Source: Erwinia sp. SLM-02 (GTDB taxonomy: Bacteria > Pseudomonadota > Gammaproteobacteria > Enterobacterales > Enterobacteriaceae). From it: a stretch of 30,000 bases of DNA. The notes under the pieces were generated by a model. It had not been told where the DNA came from and made no database searches. It was given only the letters and a program-made list of their open reading frames with translations. A program made the translations under genes and the position numbers. Below, piece by piece: positions 1-8,810 of the stretch (the first letter of the stretch is position 1; each line of letters begins with the position of its first letter). Where the stretch lies: NCBI RefSeq assembly GCF_037450285.1, contig NZ_JAQISN010000005.1, forward strand, positions 20,485 through 50,484, read 5' to 3'.

Positions 1-1
1 C

Positions 2-661
2 GCGTGGCTGATCGGCGCGGGCAGCAGCATCTGCGGCGCGGCGGCGGTGCTGGCAACGGCCCCGGTGGTGAAAGCGGAGTCCTCCAAGGTCGCCGTGGCG
101 GTCGCCACCGTGGTGATCTTCGGGACCGCCGGGATCTTCCTCTATCCGTGGATCTGGCATCACGTTGCCCCGCTGATCCCGGGGATTTCCGCTACGCAGT
201 TTGGGGTATATACCGGGTCAACCATGCATGAAGTTGCCCAGGTGGTGGCCGCGGGCCACGCCGTCAGCCCGGAAACCGAAAATGCGGCGGTGATCGCCAA
301 AATGCTGCGCGTGATGATGCTCGCGCCGTTCCTGCTGGTGCTGAGCATCTTCATCAGCCGGGGGGCAACGGAGAGCGGCGCTGCGGCACAGCGCATCGTC
401 TTCCCGTGGTTCGCGCTGATGTTTATCGTGGTGGCGATGTTTAACTCATTCCACCTGCTGCCGCTGCCGCTGGTGGCCGCCGTCAACAGCCTGGATAACG
501 TGCTGCTGGCGATGGCGATGGCCGCGCTGGGGCTGAGCACCCGCATCAGCCAGCTGATGAAGGCCGGTACCCGTCCGTTTGTACTGGGGCTGCTGCTGTT
601 TATCTGGCTGATTATCGGCGGCGGCGCGATCAATCTGCTGGTGCATCATGCGCTGGCTTAA
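2..661 (+). CDS. YeiH/UPF0324-family inner-membrane protein (putative sulfate-exporter family), 5'-truncated by the window edge
   Basis: Frame 2 is open from nt 2 (AWLIGAGSSICGAAAVLATAPVV...), upstream of the first Met at 47. The sequence is multi-TM and hydrophobic, with GSSICGAAAV and STMHEVAQVVAAG motifs that I associate with YeiH-type proteins. Stop TAA at 659-661. Confidence 0.75.
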   Translation, partial: AWLIGAGSSICGAAAVLATAPVVKAESSKVAVAVATVVIFGTAGIFLYPWIWHHVAPLIPGISATQFGVYTGSTMHEVAQVVAAGHAVSPETENAAVIAKMLRVMMLAPFLLVLSIFISRGATESGAAAQRIVFPWFALMFIVVAMFNSFHLLPLPLVAAVNSLDNVLLAMAMAALGLSTRISQLMKAGTRPFVLGLLLFIWLIIGGGAINLLVHHALA

Positions 662-667
662 CCGGAC

Positions 668-704
668 CGGCGCAGGTGTCGCACGCTCATCGGCCGCTGC
701 GCCG
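668..704. terminator. Hairpin between convergent genes (possible factor-independent or bidirectional termination structure)
   Basis: Perfect 8-bp inverted repeat CGGCGCAG (668-675) / CTGCGCCG (697-704) with a 21-nt loop. It lies between the YeiH stop (661) and the LysR stop (706). No U-tract follows. Confidence 0.25.
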
Positions 705-705
705 C

Positions 706-1599
706 TCAACCCTCCCGGTTCGCCAGCCGCCAGACCAGCATCTGCCGGGCATGAGCGATTCTTGGCTGGCGCAGCGCGCTCGGCAGCCACACCAGGCTGT
801 AACGGATTTCCGTGTCACCGACCGGTGCACCGAGTGCCGCCAGTTCACCGCTGTCTAGCTGTCTGCGACAAAGGAATTCCGGCATCACCGTCCAGCCGAA
901 GCCCTTACACAGCAGGCTGCGCTGGCCGCGCAAATCCTGGCCGACCATCGCCGGGAGCAGTGCATCATACTTAATGCGGTTTTTATCCAGCCAGCGGCCG
1001 ATCAGCGAAAGCTCAAGGTTGTAGGCCAACAGCGGCTCCTGCAGTAACGCCAGAGCGAAGTCCGGTTGCTGCTGTAGCCGATGCGCCACCGAGGGCGCGG
1101 CCACCGCCAGTACGCGGTCGGTGAAAATCACTTCACCTTTCAGCCGCGAATCGCTCACCGGGTGTGCGGTAATCCCCAGATCGCAGTGCCCTTCCACCAC
1201 CATCTGCACCACCATCTCACCGTCGCCGGTGTGCATATGTACGCGAATATCGTTTTCCAGCAGCGGCAGCAGCTCCCCGGCCAGTTTCTCCGCCATAAAA
1301 TCCGCGTGCCCGATGATTTGCAGCGTGCCGCTGACGTCCATAGAGCGTGCACGGGCCGAGGCCAGCGCCGACTCGGCGGTATCCAGGGTATTACCGATAT
1401 CGGCCGCTAAATCATCCGCAGCGGCGGTCGGAACAACGCCCTGCGGCTGGCGCTGAAACAGCGGTCGGCCCACGGCAACTTCCAGCCCGCTGATGTGCTG
1501 AGATACTGCAGGCTGGGTCAGATTCAGCGCCCTGGCCGCGCCGGAAATGGAGCGCTGGCGATAAACTTCAATAAAGGTGCGTAAGCGAACCAGCGACAT
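706..1599 (-). CDS. LysR-family transcriptional regulator
   Basis: N-terminal wHTH MSLVRLRTFIEVYRQRSISGAARALNLTQPAVSQHISGLE followed by a LysR substrate-binding-type C-terminus. I prefer ATG at 1599 (G-rich SD GGGGGA just upstream) over the ORF-track start at 1650. It is divergent from the ALDH gene. Confidence 0.9.
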   Translation of the reverse strand: MSLVRLRTFIEVYRQRSISGAARALNLTQPAVSQHISGLEVAVGRPLFQRQPQGVVPTAAADDLAADIGNTLDTAESALASARARSMDVSGTLQIIGHADFMAEKLAGELLPLLENDIRVHMHTGDGEMVVQMVVEGHCDLGITAHPVSDSRLKGEVIFTDRVLAVAAPSVAHRLQQQPDFALALLQEPLLAYNLELSLIGRWLDKNRIKYDALLPAMVGQDLRGQRSLLCKGFGWTVMPEFLCRRQLDSGELAALGAPVGDTEIRYSLVWLPSALRQPRIAHARQMLVWRLANREG

Positions 1600-1608
1600 G
1601 TTTCCCCC

Positions 1609-1622
1609 ATAAAAATATTTAT
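1609..1622. promoter_or_regulatory. AT-rich dyad ATAAA-N4-TTTAT in the LysR/ALDH divergent control region (candidate LysR-type site)
   Basis: The sequence ATAAAAATATTTAT lies 10 nt upstream of the LysR start, inside the 112-bp divergent intergenic region. LysR regulators typically bind AT-rich interrupted dyads next to their own promoter. Confidence 0.3.
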
Positions 1623-1711
1623 ACCCCTGCCAAAATAGCTTTGTTAGCACCGAAAATCCACGGCAGGTAAGCTTGCTGCAACTTAACGATTACCGCGAGG
1701 CAAAGAACACC

Positions 1712-3133
1712 ATGACTCACAGCACCCTTCAACAGGATTTACAGCGTATTCTCCAGACCATGAAGCAGGCACATTTACAGGCTGGCCTAGCACCGCTGGC
1801 ACTGCGGCGCGACCGCCTGCTGCGCAGCGCCGCGCTGATCCGCGATAACCATGAAACAATTGCCGCCGCCATCAGCGCCGATTTCGGCCACCGCAGCGCT
1901 TACCAGACGATGACCGCCGACCTGCTAACCACGATCGGGATGCTGCAGCACGCGGCGGACCACGTGGCCGAATGGATGAAACCGGAGGCCGCTGAAGTGC
2001 CGGTCGCGGGTATGCAGGCATGGATTGAACCACAGCCACTGGGCGTGGTGGGTGTAATCAGCCCGTGGAACTTTCCGATTAACCTGGCATTCGGGCCGCT
2101 GGCGGGCGTCTTCGCCGCGGGCAATACCGCAATGCTCAAGCCATCGGAGCTGACGCCAGCCACCTCTGCCCTGCTGGCCGAACTGGTGGCGCGCTATTTC
2201 GACCCGAACGAGCTGACGGTGGTACTGGGCGATGCCGCCACGGGCCAGGCGTTCAGCGCCCTGCCGTTCGACCATCTGGTGTTTACCGGCAGCACCTCGG
2301 TAGGCAAACACGTGATGCGCGCCGCTGCCGAGAACCTCGTGCCGGTCACGCTGGAGCTGGGCGGAAAATCGCCGGTGGTGCTGGATGTGGATGCCGACCC
2401 GCAACTGGCCGCCGAAAGAACCCTGACCATCAAAACCTTTAACGCCGGGCAGATCTGTATTTCTCCCGACTATCTGCTGCTGCCGCAGGCCGCAGAAGAG
2501 GCGTTTACCGACGCCGCACGCACCTTTATCCGCCGGGCTTACCCTGCCGTGCAGGAAAACCCGGACTACACCGCGATCGTCAGCGATCGTCACTATCAGC
2601 GACTGGTCGATCTGCTGGCCGACGCCGCCGCCAAAGGTGCGCGCATTATCAGCCTGGCACCAGAGGGTGAAGCCGACTTCGATCCGCTGAGCCGTAAAAT
2701 CGCCCCGCATCTGATCCTTGATGTCAACGAGGAGATGAACGTGATGCAGGAAGAGATATTTGGACCGCTGCTGCCGGTGAAAACCTATGCGGGCGATGTC
2801 AGTGAAGCAATAGCTTACATCAATGCACATCCGCGCCCGCTGGCCGCCTACTACTTTGGCAACGATCGGCAGCGCCAGCAGCAGATGGCACAGCGGACCA
2901 CCTCCGGCGCGCTGGTTATCAATGACGTGATGACCCACGCCGCGATCGACAGCCTGCCGTTTGGCGGCGTCGGCGCATCGGGGATCGGGGCTTACCACGG
3001 GATTCACGGCTTCCGGCGCTTCAGCCACGCCAAACCGGTAGTCATTCAGGATGAGGCGGGCACCACCAATTTACGCCTGCGTGCTCCGTATCAGGACAAA
3101 ACGGCCGCCGTGACGGCTATGCTTAATCAATAA
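1712..3133 (+). CDS. NAD(P)-dependent aldehyde dehydrogenase, class-3 / coniferyl-aldehyde-dehydrogenase-like
   Basis: ALDH signatures are present: SPWNFP, FTGSTSVGKHV, LELGGKSP (catalytic Glu) and FNAGQICISPDY (catalytic Cys), plus EEIFGP. ATG at 1712 (MTHSTLQQ) is preferred. A TTG at 1673 is an alternative start. Confidence 0.9.
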   Translation: MTHSTLQQDLQRILQTMKQAHLQAGLAPLALRRDRLLRSAALIRDNHETIAAAISADFGHRSAYQTMTADLLTTIGMLQHAADHVAEWMKPEAAEVPVAGMQAWIEPQPLGVVGVISPWNFPINLAFGPLAGVFAAGNTAMLKPSELTPATSALLAELVARYFDPNELTVVLGDAATGQAFSALPFDHLVFTGSTSVGKHVMRAAAENLVPVTLELGGKSPVVLDVDADPQLAAERTLTIKTFNAGQICISPDYLLLPQAAEEAFTDAARTFIRRAYPAVQENPDYTAIVSDRHYQRLVDLLADAAAKGARIISLAPEGEADFDPLSRKIAPHLILDVNEEMNVMQEEIFGPLLPVKTYAGDVSEAIAYINAHPRPLAAYYFGNDRQRQQQMAQRTTSGALVINDVMTHAAIDSLPFGGVGASGIGAYHGIHGFRRFSHAKPVVIQDEAGTTNLRLRAPYQDKTAAVTAMLNQ

Positions 3134-3165
3134 TCTCTATTCGCCCCATCACCGGAGAACCCGTA

Positions 3166-3843
3166 ATGAAAATTTTAATGGTACTGACCTCACACGCCGA
3201 GCTGGGTAATACCGGAGAGAAAACCGGTTTCTGGCTGGAAGAGTTTGCCGCGCCCTACTACGTCTTCAGGGATGCGGGTGCAGACGTGGTGCTGGCCTCG
3301 CCTGCCGGTGGCCAGCCGCCGCTGGACCCGAAAAGCGATCTGCCGGATTTTCAGACGGCAATGACCGACCGCTTTAAGGCCGACAGCTCGGCGCAGCAGG
3401 CGCTGGCCAGCACCGTGAAGCTGGAGACGGTCAATCAGCAGGACTTTGATGCGGTATTTTATCCCGGCGGCCACGGCCCGCTGTGGGATCTGGCCGAATC
3501 GGCCGACTCCATTGCGCTGATTGAAGCCTTTGACCGCGCCGCTAAGCCCATCAGCTTTGTCTGCCACGCGCCGGGCGTGCTGCGCCACGTGAAATCCACC
3601 GGCGGCGCACCGCGCGTTCAGGGCAAACAGGTGACCGGCTTCAGCAACAGTGAAGAAGCGGCGGTGCAGCTGACCGACGTGGTGCCTTTCCTGATTGAGG
3701 ATGAGTTTATTGCCGCTGGCGCACACTATCAGAAAGGTGCCGACTGGGCCCCGTTCGTGGTGGAAGATGGCAATCTGATCACCGGCCAGAACCCGGCCAG
3801 CTCGGAAGATGTGGCGAAGGCGCTGCTGAAAAAACTGGGCTAA
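3166..3843 (+). CDS. DJ-1/PfpI-family (type 1 glutamine amidotransferase-like) protein
   Basis: 225 aa with a Rossmann-like start MKILMVLTSH and a nucleophile-elbow Cys in ISFVCHAPGVL. Contains the FYPGGHG motif and ITGQNPASS near the C-terminus. GGAGAA SD upstream. Confidence 0.85.
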   Translation: MKILMVLTSHAELGNTGEKTGFWLEEFAAPYYVFRDAGADVVLASPAGGQPPLDPKSDLPDFQTAMTDRFKADSSAQQALASTVKLETVNQQDFDAVFYPGGHGPLWDLAESADSIALIEAFDRAAKPISFVCHAPGVLRHVKSTGGAPRVQGKQVTGFSNSEEAAVQLTDVVPFLIEDEFIAAGAHYQKGADWAPFVVEDGNLITGQNPASSEDVAKALLKKLG

Positions 3844-3882
3844 ACACTCATATTAAGCAAGCATTCTCGGCTTTAAACCACT

Positions 3883-3911
3883 AAACCGGGCCATCAATGG
3901 CCCGGTTTTTT
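3883..3911. terminator. Rho-independent terminator between convergent genes
   Basis: AAACCGGGCC-ATCAAT-GGCCCGGTTT followed by further T residues through 3911. It sits between the DJ-1 stop (3843) and the AraC stop (3921). Confidence 0.85.
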
Positions 3912-3920
3912 CATGGCCGG

Positions 3921-4790
3921 TTATCTGTTTTTCAGATAAGTATCGCGAAACTCTCTGGGCGGCATCCCCTTGGAGGCTTTAAAATGGCGATTAAACAGGG
4001 CCAGCGAGGAATAGCCGACCTCATCGGCAATACTGGAAACAGAATCCTGCGATTCCAGTAGTTTTTCGGCCGCATGCAGGATGCGCAGGTTAATAATGTA
4101 GTCCATCGGTGACTTCTTGGTGATACGCTTAAAAAGTCGGTGAAAAGTGGTCGAACTGACGTGGCAAAGGGTTGCCATCTGCTCCACCGAAACACGCTGA
4201 TGATAGTTATTATTCAGGTAATCAATCACCTCAAGAATATTTCTAATCTGCTTTCTGTCTTCACGAAAATGCTCGGAATGAATAATGGTAGAGAATTCCG
4301 TTACCGAATCCGACGCGAGCTTTAACAGAATATTCAACAACAGCGGCGTACGATAGGGCGGAGCCAGTTCAGCAATAGACATAATATCCGGCCTGACCTG
4401 CTGAATAACAGCTTCGCTAAATGTTACCGCAGAGGTTATTCGGCGCAAAAAATCTTTAACCGCCTTCATCTCTGGGAAAGTATCAGCCAGCTTTTCAATC
4501 CATTCAGAACTAAACCAGATAACCAGAGCCAAATGTGGATCGGCATCATTAATCTTTCCCTGCGATTTCCACGAATGAGGAACATTCGGACCAATCAAGA
4601 CCAAATCGTTATCTTTATAATGATTAATATCCCCACCAATATATTTAACGCCGTAACTATTTAGTGTAAACGTTAATTCATACTCAGGGTGATGATGCCA
4701 CTGAAAAGGAATCTCATCCTGCATCACTCGATGAAGAAATGACCATGACACATAAGGATTATTAATAATCTTTTCATAATCAGACTTCAT
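3921..4790 (-). CDS. AraC/XylS-family transcriptional regulator with N-terminal cupin-like sensor domain
   Basis: The C-terminus has the double HTH typical of the family (VSVEQMATLCHVSSTTFHRLFKRITKKSPMDYI and SSIADEVGYSSLALFNRHFKASKGMPPREFR). The N-terminus has the cupin-like FQWHHHPEYELTF. The gene is very A+T-rich. Confidence 0.9.
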   Translation of the reverse strand: MKSDYEKIINNPYVSWSFLHRVMQDEIPFQWHHHPEYELTFTLNSYGVKYIGGDINHYKDNDLVLIGPNVPHSWKSQGKINDADPHLALVIWFSSEWIEKLADTFPEMKAVKDFLRRITSAVTFSEAVIQQVRPDIMSIAELAPPYRTPLLLNILLKLASDSVTEFSTIIHSEHFREDRKQIRNILEVIDYLNNNYHQRVSVEQMATLCHVSSTTFHRLFKRITKKSPMDYIINLRILHAAEKLLESQDSVSSIADEVGYSSLALFNRHFKASKGMPPREFRDTYLKNR

Positions 4791-4913
4791 AATCCACTCT
4801 CATCATTATTGGTAGGATAGTATCAGTTATTGGCATTTTAACACTTACATAACAGACCTAAAACAGCCATTCTCTAGCCGTCGACATATTATCAACTTAA
4901 CACCCAACCTGAG

Positions 4914-4951
4914 ATAAATGTCAATAAAAAATATAAAATAAATGTCAATAA
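4914..4951 (+). promoter_or_regulatory. Exact 14-bp direct repeat ATAAATGTCAATAA x2 (candidate AraC-family operator/activator site)
   Basis: Copies lie at 4914-4927 and 4938-4951 (24-bp phasing), ending 43 bp upstream of the MFS ATG. AraC-family proteins commonly bind tandem direct repeats that overlap the -35 region. Confidence 0.4.
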
Positions 4952-4993
4952 TTTAAATCCGATAATGTGAACCAGATCAATAAAGGATAGAAG

Positions 4994-6271
4994 ATGAGCA
5001 CACCTGCCGCTATATTACATTCAACAAAAGAAGATCATTACCAGATTAATACACCATTGAAATTGATGGTATTCTCACTATTTTTTATGTTTGGCAGTAT
5101 CACCAGTTTAAACGATGTGTTGATCCCTAAACTGAAGGAGCTTTTCCAGCTCACCTATATGGAATCAATGCTGGTACAGTCCGCCTTTTTCTTCGCCTAC
5201 TTTACCGCTTCCATCCCCGCCAGCAGGCTGATCATCCGCTTCGGCTATGTCAAATCGGCAATTGCCGGGCTGCTGATTATGGGCATTGGCTGCCTGGCAT
5301 TTATTCCGGCCACTCATATCGGGTTGTTCCCGGCATTCCTTGGCGCTTTATTTCTGCTGGCCGTTGGTGTCACCGTTATTCAGGTGGTTGCCAACCCGCT
5401 AATCACCCTACTTGGTTCAGCCAGAAGCGCATCTATCAGGCTGACGCTTGGCCACGGATTCAATTCATTAGGCACCACCATTGCACCATGGATCGGGGCA
5501 ATTTTTATTCTCGGTGCTATTTCTGGTATCGATCTCTCAACCCTTCATGGAGCGGAACTGGCCGCGGCCATGCAGAAAGAAACGGCCGTGATCGGTCAGG
5601 CCTATACGGCCATCGCCGTAGTCATTTTTCTGTTTTGCGCAGCCATGTTCAGATTTAAGTCATTTGGTCAGCACAGCGCGATGCTACCAAAAACTAACCT
5701 GATGAACTCACTGAATTTATTTAGCAGTACACGTTTTCGCCTCGGGTTTATCAGTCTGTTTTTATACGTTGGGGCTGAGGTCACCATCGGCAGCATCTTA
5801 GTTAATTATCTGACTCATGGTGATGTCATGGCCATTACACCTGAACAGGCAGGTAAATATATTGCTTTTTACTGGGGTGGGGCCATGGTGGGTCGTTTTA
5901 TCGGCTCGGCGCTGATGAAAATAATTTCTCCTGCGAAGATTCTGTTTATATTCTCGGCAATGGTTATCACACTGATTGCGGTCAGTATGAATTCCCATGG
6001 AGAACTGGCCGGTTTTGCATTGCTCACGGTTGGCCTTTTTAATTCAATTATGTTCCCAACAATATTTTCCCTTTCCTGCTCGAAGCTTAATTCCCGTTCA
6101 GCTGAAGGTTCTGGCCTGCTCTGCTGTGCCATCGTCGGCGGAGGATTCATCCCTCCCATTACCGGCCTTCTGGCCGATATATTCACGTTAAAACTCAGCT
6201 TAATAATTCCGGCAGCATGTTACTTATTAATATTTTTATTCGGCACATACTGTGCTAAACAAGGAGATTAA
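4994..6271 (+). CDS. MFS transporter, fucose:H+ symporter (FHS) family, glucose/galactose-transporter-like
   Basis: 425 aa and roughly 12 hydrophobic segments. The N-terminal SLNDVLIPKLKELF motif is characteristic of FucP/GluP-type sugar permeases. AAGGA SD lies upstream of the ATG. Confidence 0.85.
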   Translation: MSTPAAILHSTKEDHYQINTPLKLMVFSLFFMFGSITSLNDVLIPKLKELFQLTYMESMLVQSAFFFAYFTASIPASRLIIRFGYVKSAIAGLLIMGIGCLAFIPATHIGLFPAFLGALFLLAVGVTVIQVVANPLITLLGSARSASIRLTLGHGFNSLGTTIAPWIGAIFILGAISGIDLSTLHGAELAAAMQKETAVIGQAYTAIAVVIFLFCAAMFRFKSFGQHSAMLPKTNLMNSLNLFSSTRFRLGFISLFLYVGAEVTIGSILVNYLTHGDVMAITPEQAGKYIAFYWGGAMVGRFIGSALMKIISPAKILFIFSAMVITLIAVSMNSHGELAGFALLTVGLFNSIMFPTIFSLSCSKLNSRSAEGSGLLCCAIVGGGFIPPITGLLADIFTLKLSLIIPAACYLLIFLFGTYCAKQGD

Positions 6272-6273
6272 TC

Positions 6274-7269
6274 ATGAAGTGGCTTCTTATTGGTGCCAGC
6301 ACCATTGCACAACAGTTTGTTATTGATGCGATTCGCGCAGGCGGCGATGAAATATCATGGCTGGTTAGTGGAGATGAACAACGGGCTGCGGCATTTGCTG
6401 TAAAAAACAACATTGCCCGTTTTACCACGGACCTGAAACTTGCCCTTTCGCAGCAGGATATTGATGCCGTATATATCTCTACAACCAACGAAAAGCATTT
6501 CCCGCAGGCGATGCTGGCGCTGGAGTATGGCAAGCACGTGCTGTGCGAAAAACCGATGGCACTTTCGATGGAAGAAGCGACAACGATGATCGAACGGGCA
6601 TCTGCGTGCAACCAAGTGCTGGCGGTAAACCACCACCTGCGCAATGCCGCGACGATTCGGAAAATGCGCGACGAGATTCGGAACGGCACGCTGGGTGATA
6701 TTCTCACCGTTCGCTTCTGCCACGCCGTTTCTCTGCCTGAAAATCTGATTGGCTGGCGCACGGATAACAGCGCAGGCAACGGTGTGATTATGGATATTAC
6801 CGTTCATGATATTGATACGTTGAGATTTTTACTCGATGACGACGTCGTCGCCGTTTCCGCAATGGCCCAGGACGGACTGCTAAGCCAGAGTGGCTCGGTG
6901 GAAACGGTGATGGGCACGCTACGTTTTTCCAAAGGTACGCTGGTCAGCTTTTTTGACTCCTTCACCGCCCGCAATTTTGAAACCAGTATTGATGTGATCG
7001 GCACGCAGGGTACGCTGCGTGCGCGCAATATTCTGACGCAGAACCCCGTAGGCGAAGTGACGCTTCATAACCGTCACGGGTCTGAACCGTTAGCGATCGA
7101 ACACGCCAGTCTTTATGAACGCGGTTTAGCCTCGTTCCGCGATGCGATATTCAATGGTGGGCAACCGGCGGCCAGTGGTGATGACGGACGACAGTCTCTG
7201 GCAGTATCTCTTGCCGTAGTGAAAGCGGTTTCATCCGGAATTACCGTTCATATCGGTGAGGAACAGTAA
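6274..7269 (+). CDS. Gfo/Idh/MocA-family NAD(P)-dependent oxidoreductase
   Basis: The N-terminal Rossmann start is MKWLLIGASTIAQ, and the conserved EKP motif is present (HVLCEKPMALS). Length is 331 aa. AGGAG SD is present, and the start lies 2 nt after the MFS stop. Confidence 0.85.
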   Translation: MKWLLIGASTIAQQFVIDAIRAGGDEISWLVSGDEQRAAAFAVKNNIARFTTDLKLALSQQDIDAVYISTTNEKHFPQAMLALEYGKHVLCEKPMALSMEEATTMIERASACNQVLAVNHHLRNAATIRKMRDEIRNGTLGDILTVRFCHAVSLPENLIGWRTDNSAGNGVIMDITVHDIDTLRFLLDDDVVAVSAMAQDGLLSQSGSVETVMGTLRFSKGTLVSFFDSFTARNFETSIDVIGTQGTLRARNILTQNPVGEVTLHNRHGSEPLAIEHASLYERGLASFRDAIFNGGQPAASGDDGRQSLAVSLAVVKAVSSGITVHIGEEQ

Positions 7270-7270
7270 A

Positions 7271-8788
7271 ATGCAGCGTGATTTAGACCATCCCGACATT
7301 GTGATTATTGGCTCCGGTATTGGTGGAGCCACCATGGCTTTCGGGCTTGCTAACAGCGATCTGAAGATCCTCATTCTGGAAAGCGGCGAACAGATGCCGG
7401 ACTCTCCGGACAATGACGATCAGCAGAAGATATTTTCTCAGCAGCACTTTAAGCCCGACGAAGTCTGGTTCGATAAAGATAATAAAGCTTTTCGCCCCGG
7501 GAATTACTACTACGTTGGTGGCAACTCCAAGTTCTACGGCGCGGTACTGGCACGCTACCGGCAGGAGGACTTTGAGGAGATGATCCATGAAGGAGGCGTT
7601 TCCCCCGCCTGGCCATTCGGTTATGCCGAACTGGAACCCTGGTACTGCGCGGCGGAAAAACTCTATCGGGTCAGGGGCAACAGCCAGGCCGACCCGACCG
7701 AACCACCCCGTTCCCACCCCTATGCTTTTGCAGCCATTGAGGATGAAGCCGATATCGCCATCGTCCGGCGCAGGCTGCAAAAACAGGGTCTTAGTCCCTA
7801 TTCTCTGCCGCTGGCGGTAGATATTGCACAGTGGAGCCAGTCGCGCAAAGTCCCGTGGGATGCACATCCCCACTATTTTAACGGCAAGTTTGATGCGGAA
7901 ACCGCCGCCCTGAGCCTGACCGCCAGCCACAGCAATATTCAACTTTTGACCGGCAGCAAGGTCATCAGACTGAAAACCGCTGCGGACGGCGGACGCATCG
8001 AAGAGGTGGTTTATCAACGCAATAATCAGACCTGTAGCGTGCGCCCTAAACTGGTTATTCTCGCCGCCGGAGCCGTACATTCGGCTGCGCTGCTGCTTAA
8101 ATCGAAAAACACCCGCTACCCCAACGGGCTGGCGAATCGCTCTGGCATGGTTGGTCGCAACTTTATGAACCACAACTGCACCGCCGTGGTGGGCTTCAGC
8201 CATCGCTACTGCAACCGCTCTGTGTATCAGAAAACCTTCGGCCTGAATGATTTCTATCTTTCCGACGGCGCAGGTGGCTACCCGCTAGGCAACATTCAGC
8301 TGTTGGGTCGCGTGTCCGGTCAGATCCTCAAGTCGTCCCTTCCCGCAGCGCCGGGTTTCGCCTTGAACTACTTCAGCAGGCACAGCATTGATTTTTACGC
8401 CATGAGTGAAGATTTGCCCTCCCCTGAAAACCGTATCCAGCTGGACGGCGATAAAATAACTCTGCACTGGGAGCGCAATAACTGGGCGGCGCATACCCGA
8501 CTGGTGAAAAAACTCAGCAACGCACTTAAGAAATGTGGGTTCTATTTTGTGATGAGTAAACCCTTCGATAAACGAACGCCGTCACACCAGTGCGGCACGG
8601 TCAGAATGGGTATCGATCCCGAGCGCGATCCGCTTAACAGTTACTGTCAGGCCTGGGAGCATGAGAACCTGTACGTGGTGGACGCCAGCTTTATGCCCAG
8701 TTCGGCAGCGGTTAACCCTTCACTGACTATTGCCGCGCAGGCGCTGCGAGTGGCGGACCACATAATGCAGCATCGTCTTGCCAAATAA
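7271..8788 (+). CDS. GMC-family FAD-dependent oxidoreductase
   Basis: Contains the FAD fingerprint DIVIIGSGIGGATMAFGLA. The C-terminal GMC active-site region is HQCGTVRMG ... NLYVVDASFMPSSAAVNPSLTIAAQALR. ATG at 7271 (GAGGA SD, 1 nt after the Gfo stop) is preferred over GTG at 7256. Confidence 0.85.
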   Translation: MQRDLDHPDIVIIGSGIGGATMAFGLANSDLKILILESGEQMPDSPDNDDQQKIFSQQHFKPDEVWFDKDNKAFRPGNYYYVGGNSKFYGAVLARYRQEDFEEMIHEGGVSPAWPFGYAELEPWYCAAEKLYRVRGNSQADPTEPPRSHPYAFAAIEDEADIAIVRRRLQKQGLSPYSLPLAVDIAQWSQSRKVPWDAHPHYFNGKFDAETAALSLTASHSNIQLLTGSKVIRLKTAADGGRIEEVVYQRNNQTCSVRPKLVILAAGAVHSAALLLKSKNTRYPNGLANRSGMVGRNFMNHNCTAVVGFSHRYCNRSVYQKTFGLNDFYLSDGAGGYPLGNIQLLGRVSGQILKSSLPAAPGFALNYFSRHSIDFYAMSEDLPSPENRIQLDGDKITLHWERNNWAAHTRLVKKLSNALKKCGFYFVMSKPFDKRTPSHQCGTVRMGIDPERDPLNSYCQAWEHENLYVVDASFMPSSAAVNPSLTIAAQALRVADHIMQHRLAK

Positions 8789-8810
8789 GGACTCCAATCC
8801 GCTACAAAGC

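Noticed and set aside
4-231. 75-aa Arg/Gly-rich ORF at the window start, and the 446-790 / 648-974 ORFs around the YeiH/LysR junction.
   Set aside because: These are out-of-frame overlaps of the YeiH and LysR genes with low-complexity GC-driven composition.
1925-3028. 367-aa ORF antisense to the aldehyde dehydrogenase gene. Similar long antisense ORFs occur at 7283-8203, 14399-15025, 16357-17496, 21906-22502 and 26955-27515.
   Set aside because: These are typical shadow ORFs of G+C-rich coding DNA. Their composition is Arg/Gly/His/Gln-rich with no motifs and no SD, and each lies entirely opposite a gene with strong family signatures.
3921-8788. Mobile-element boundaries (direct repeats, att sites, tRNA) for the low-GC island.
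   Set aside because: I found no integrase, tRNA or flanking direct repeats by eye. Only compositional evidence supports horizontal origin, so it is reported as a finding rather than annotated as a mobile element.
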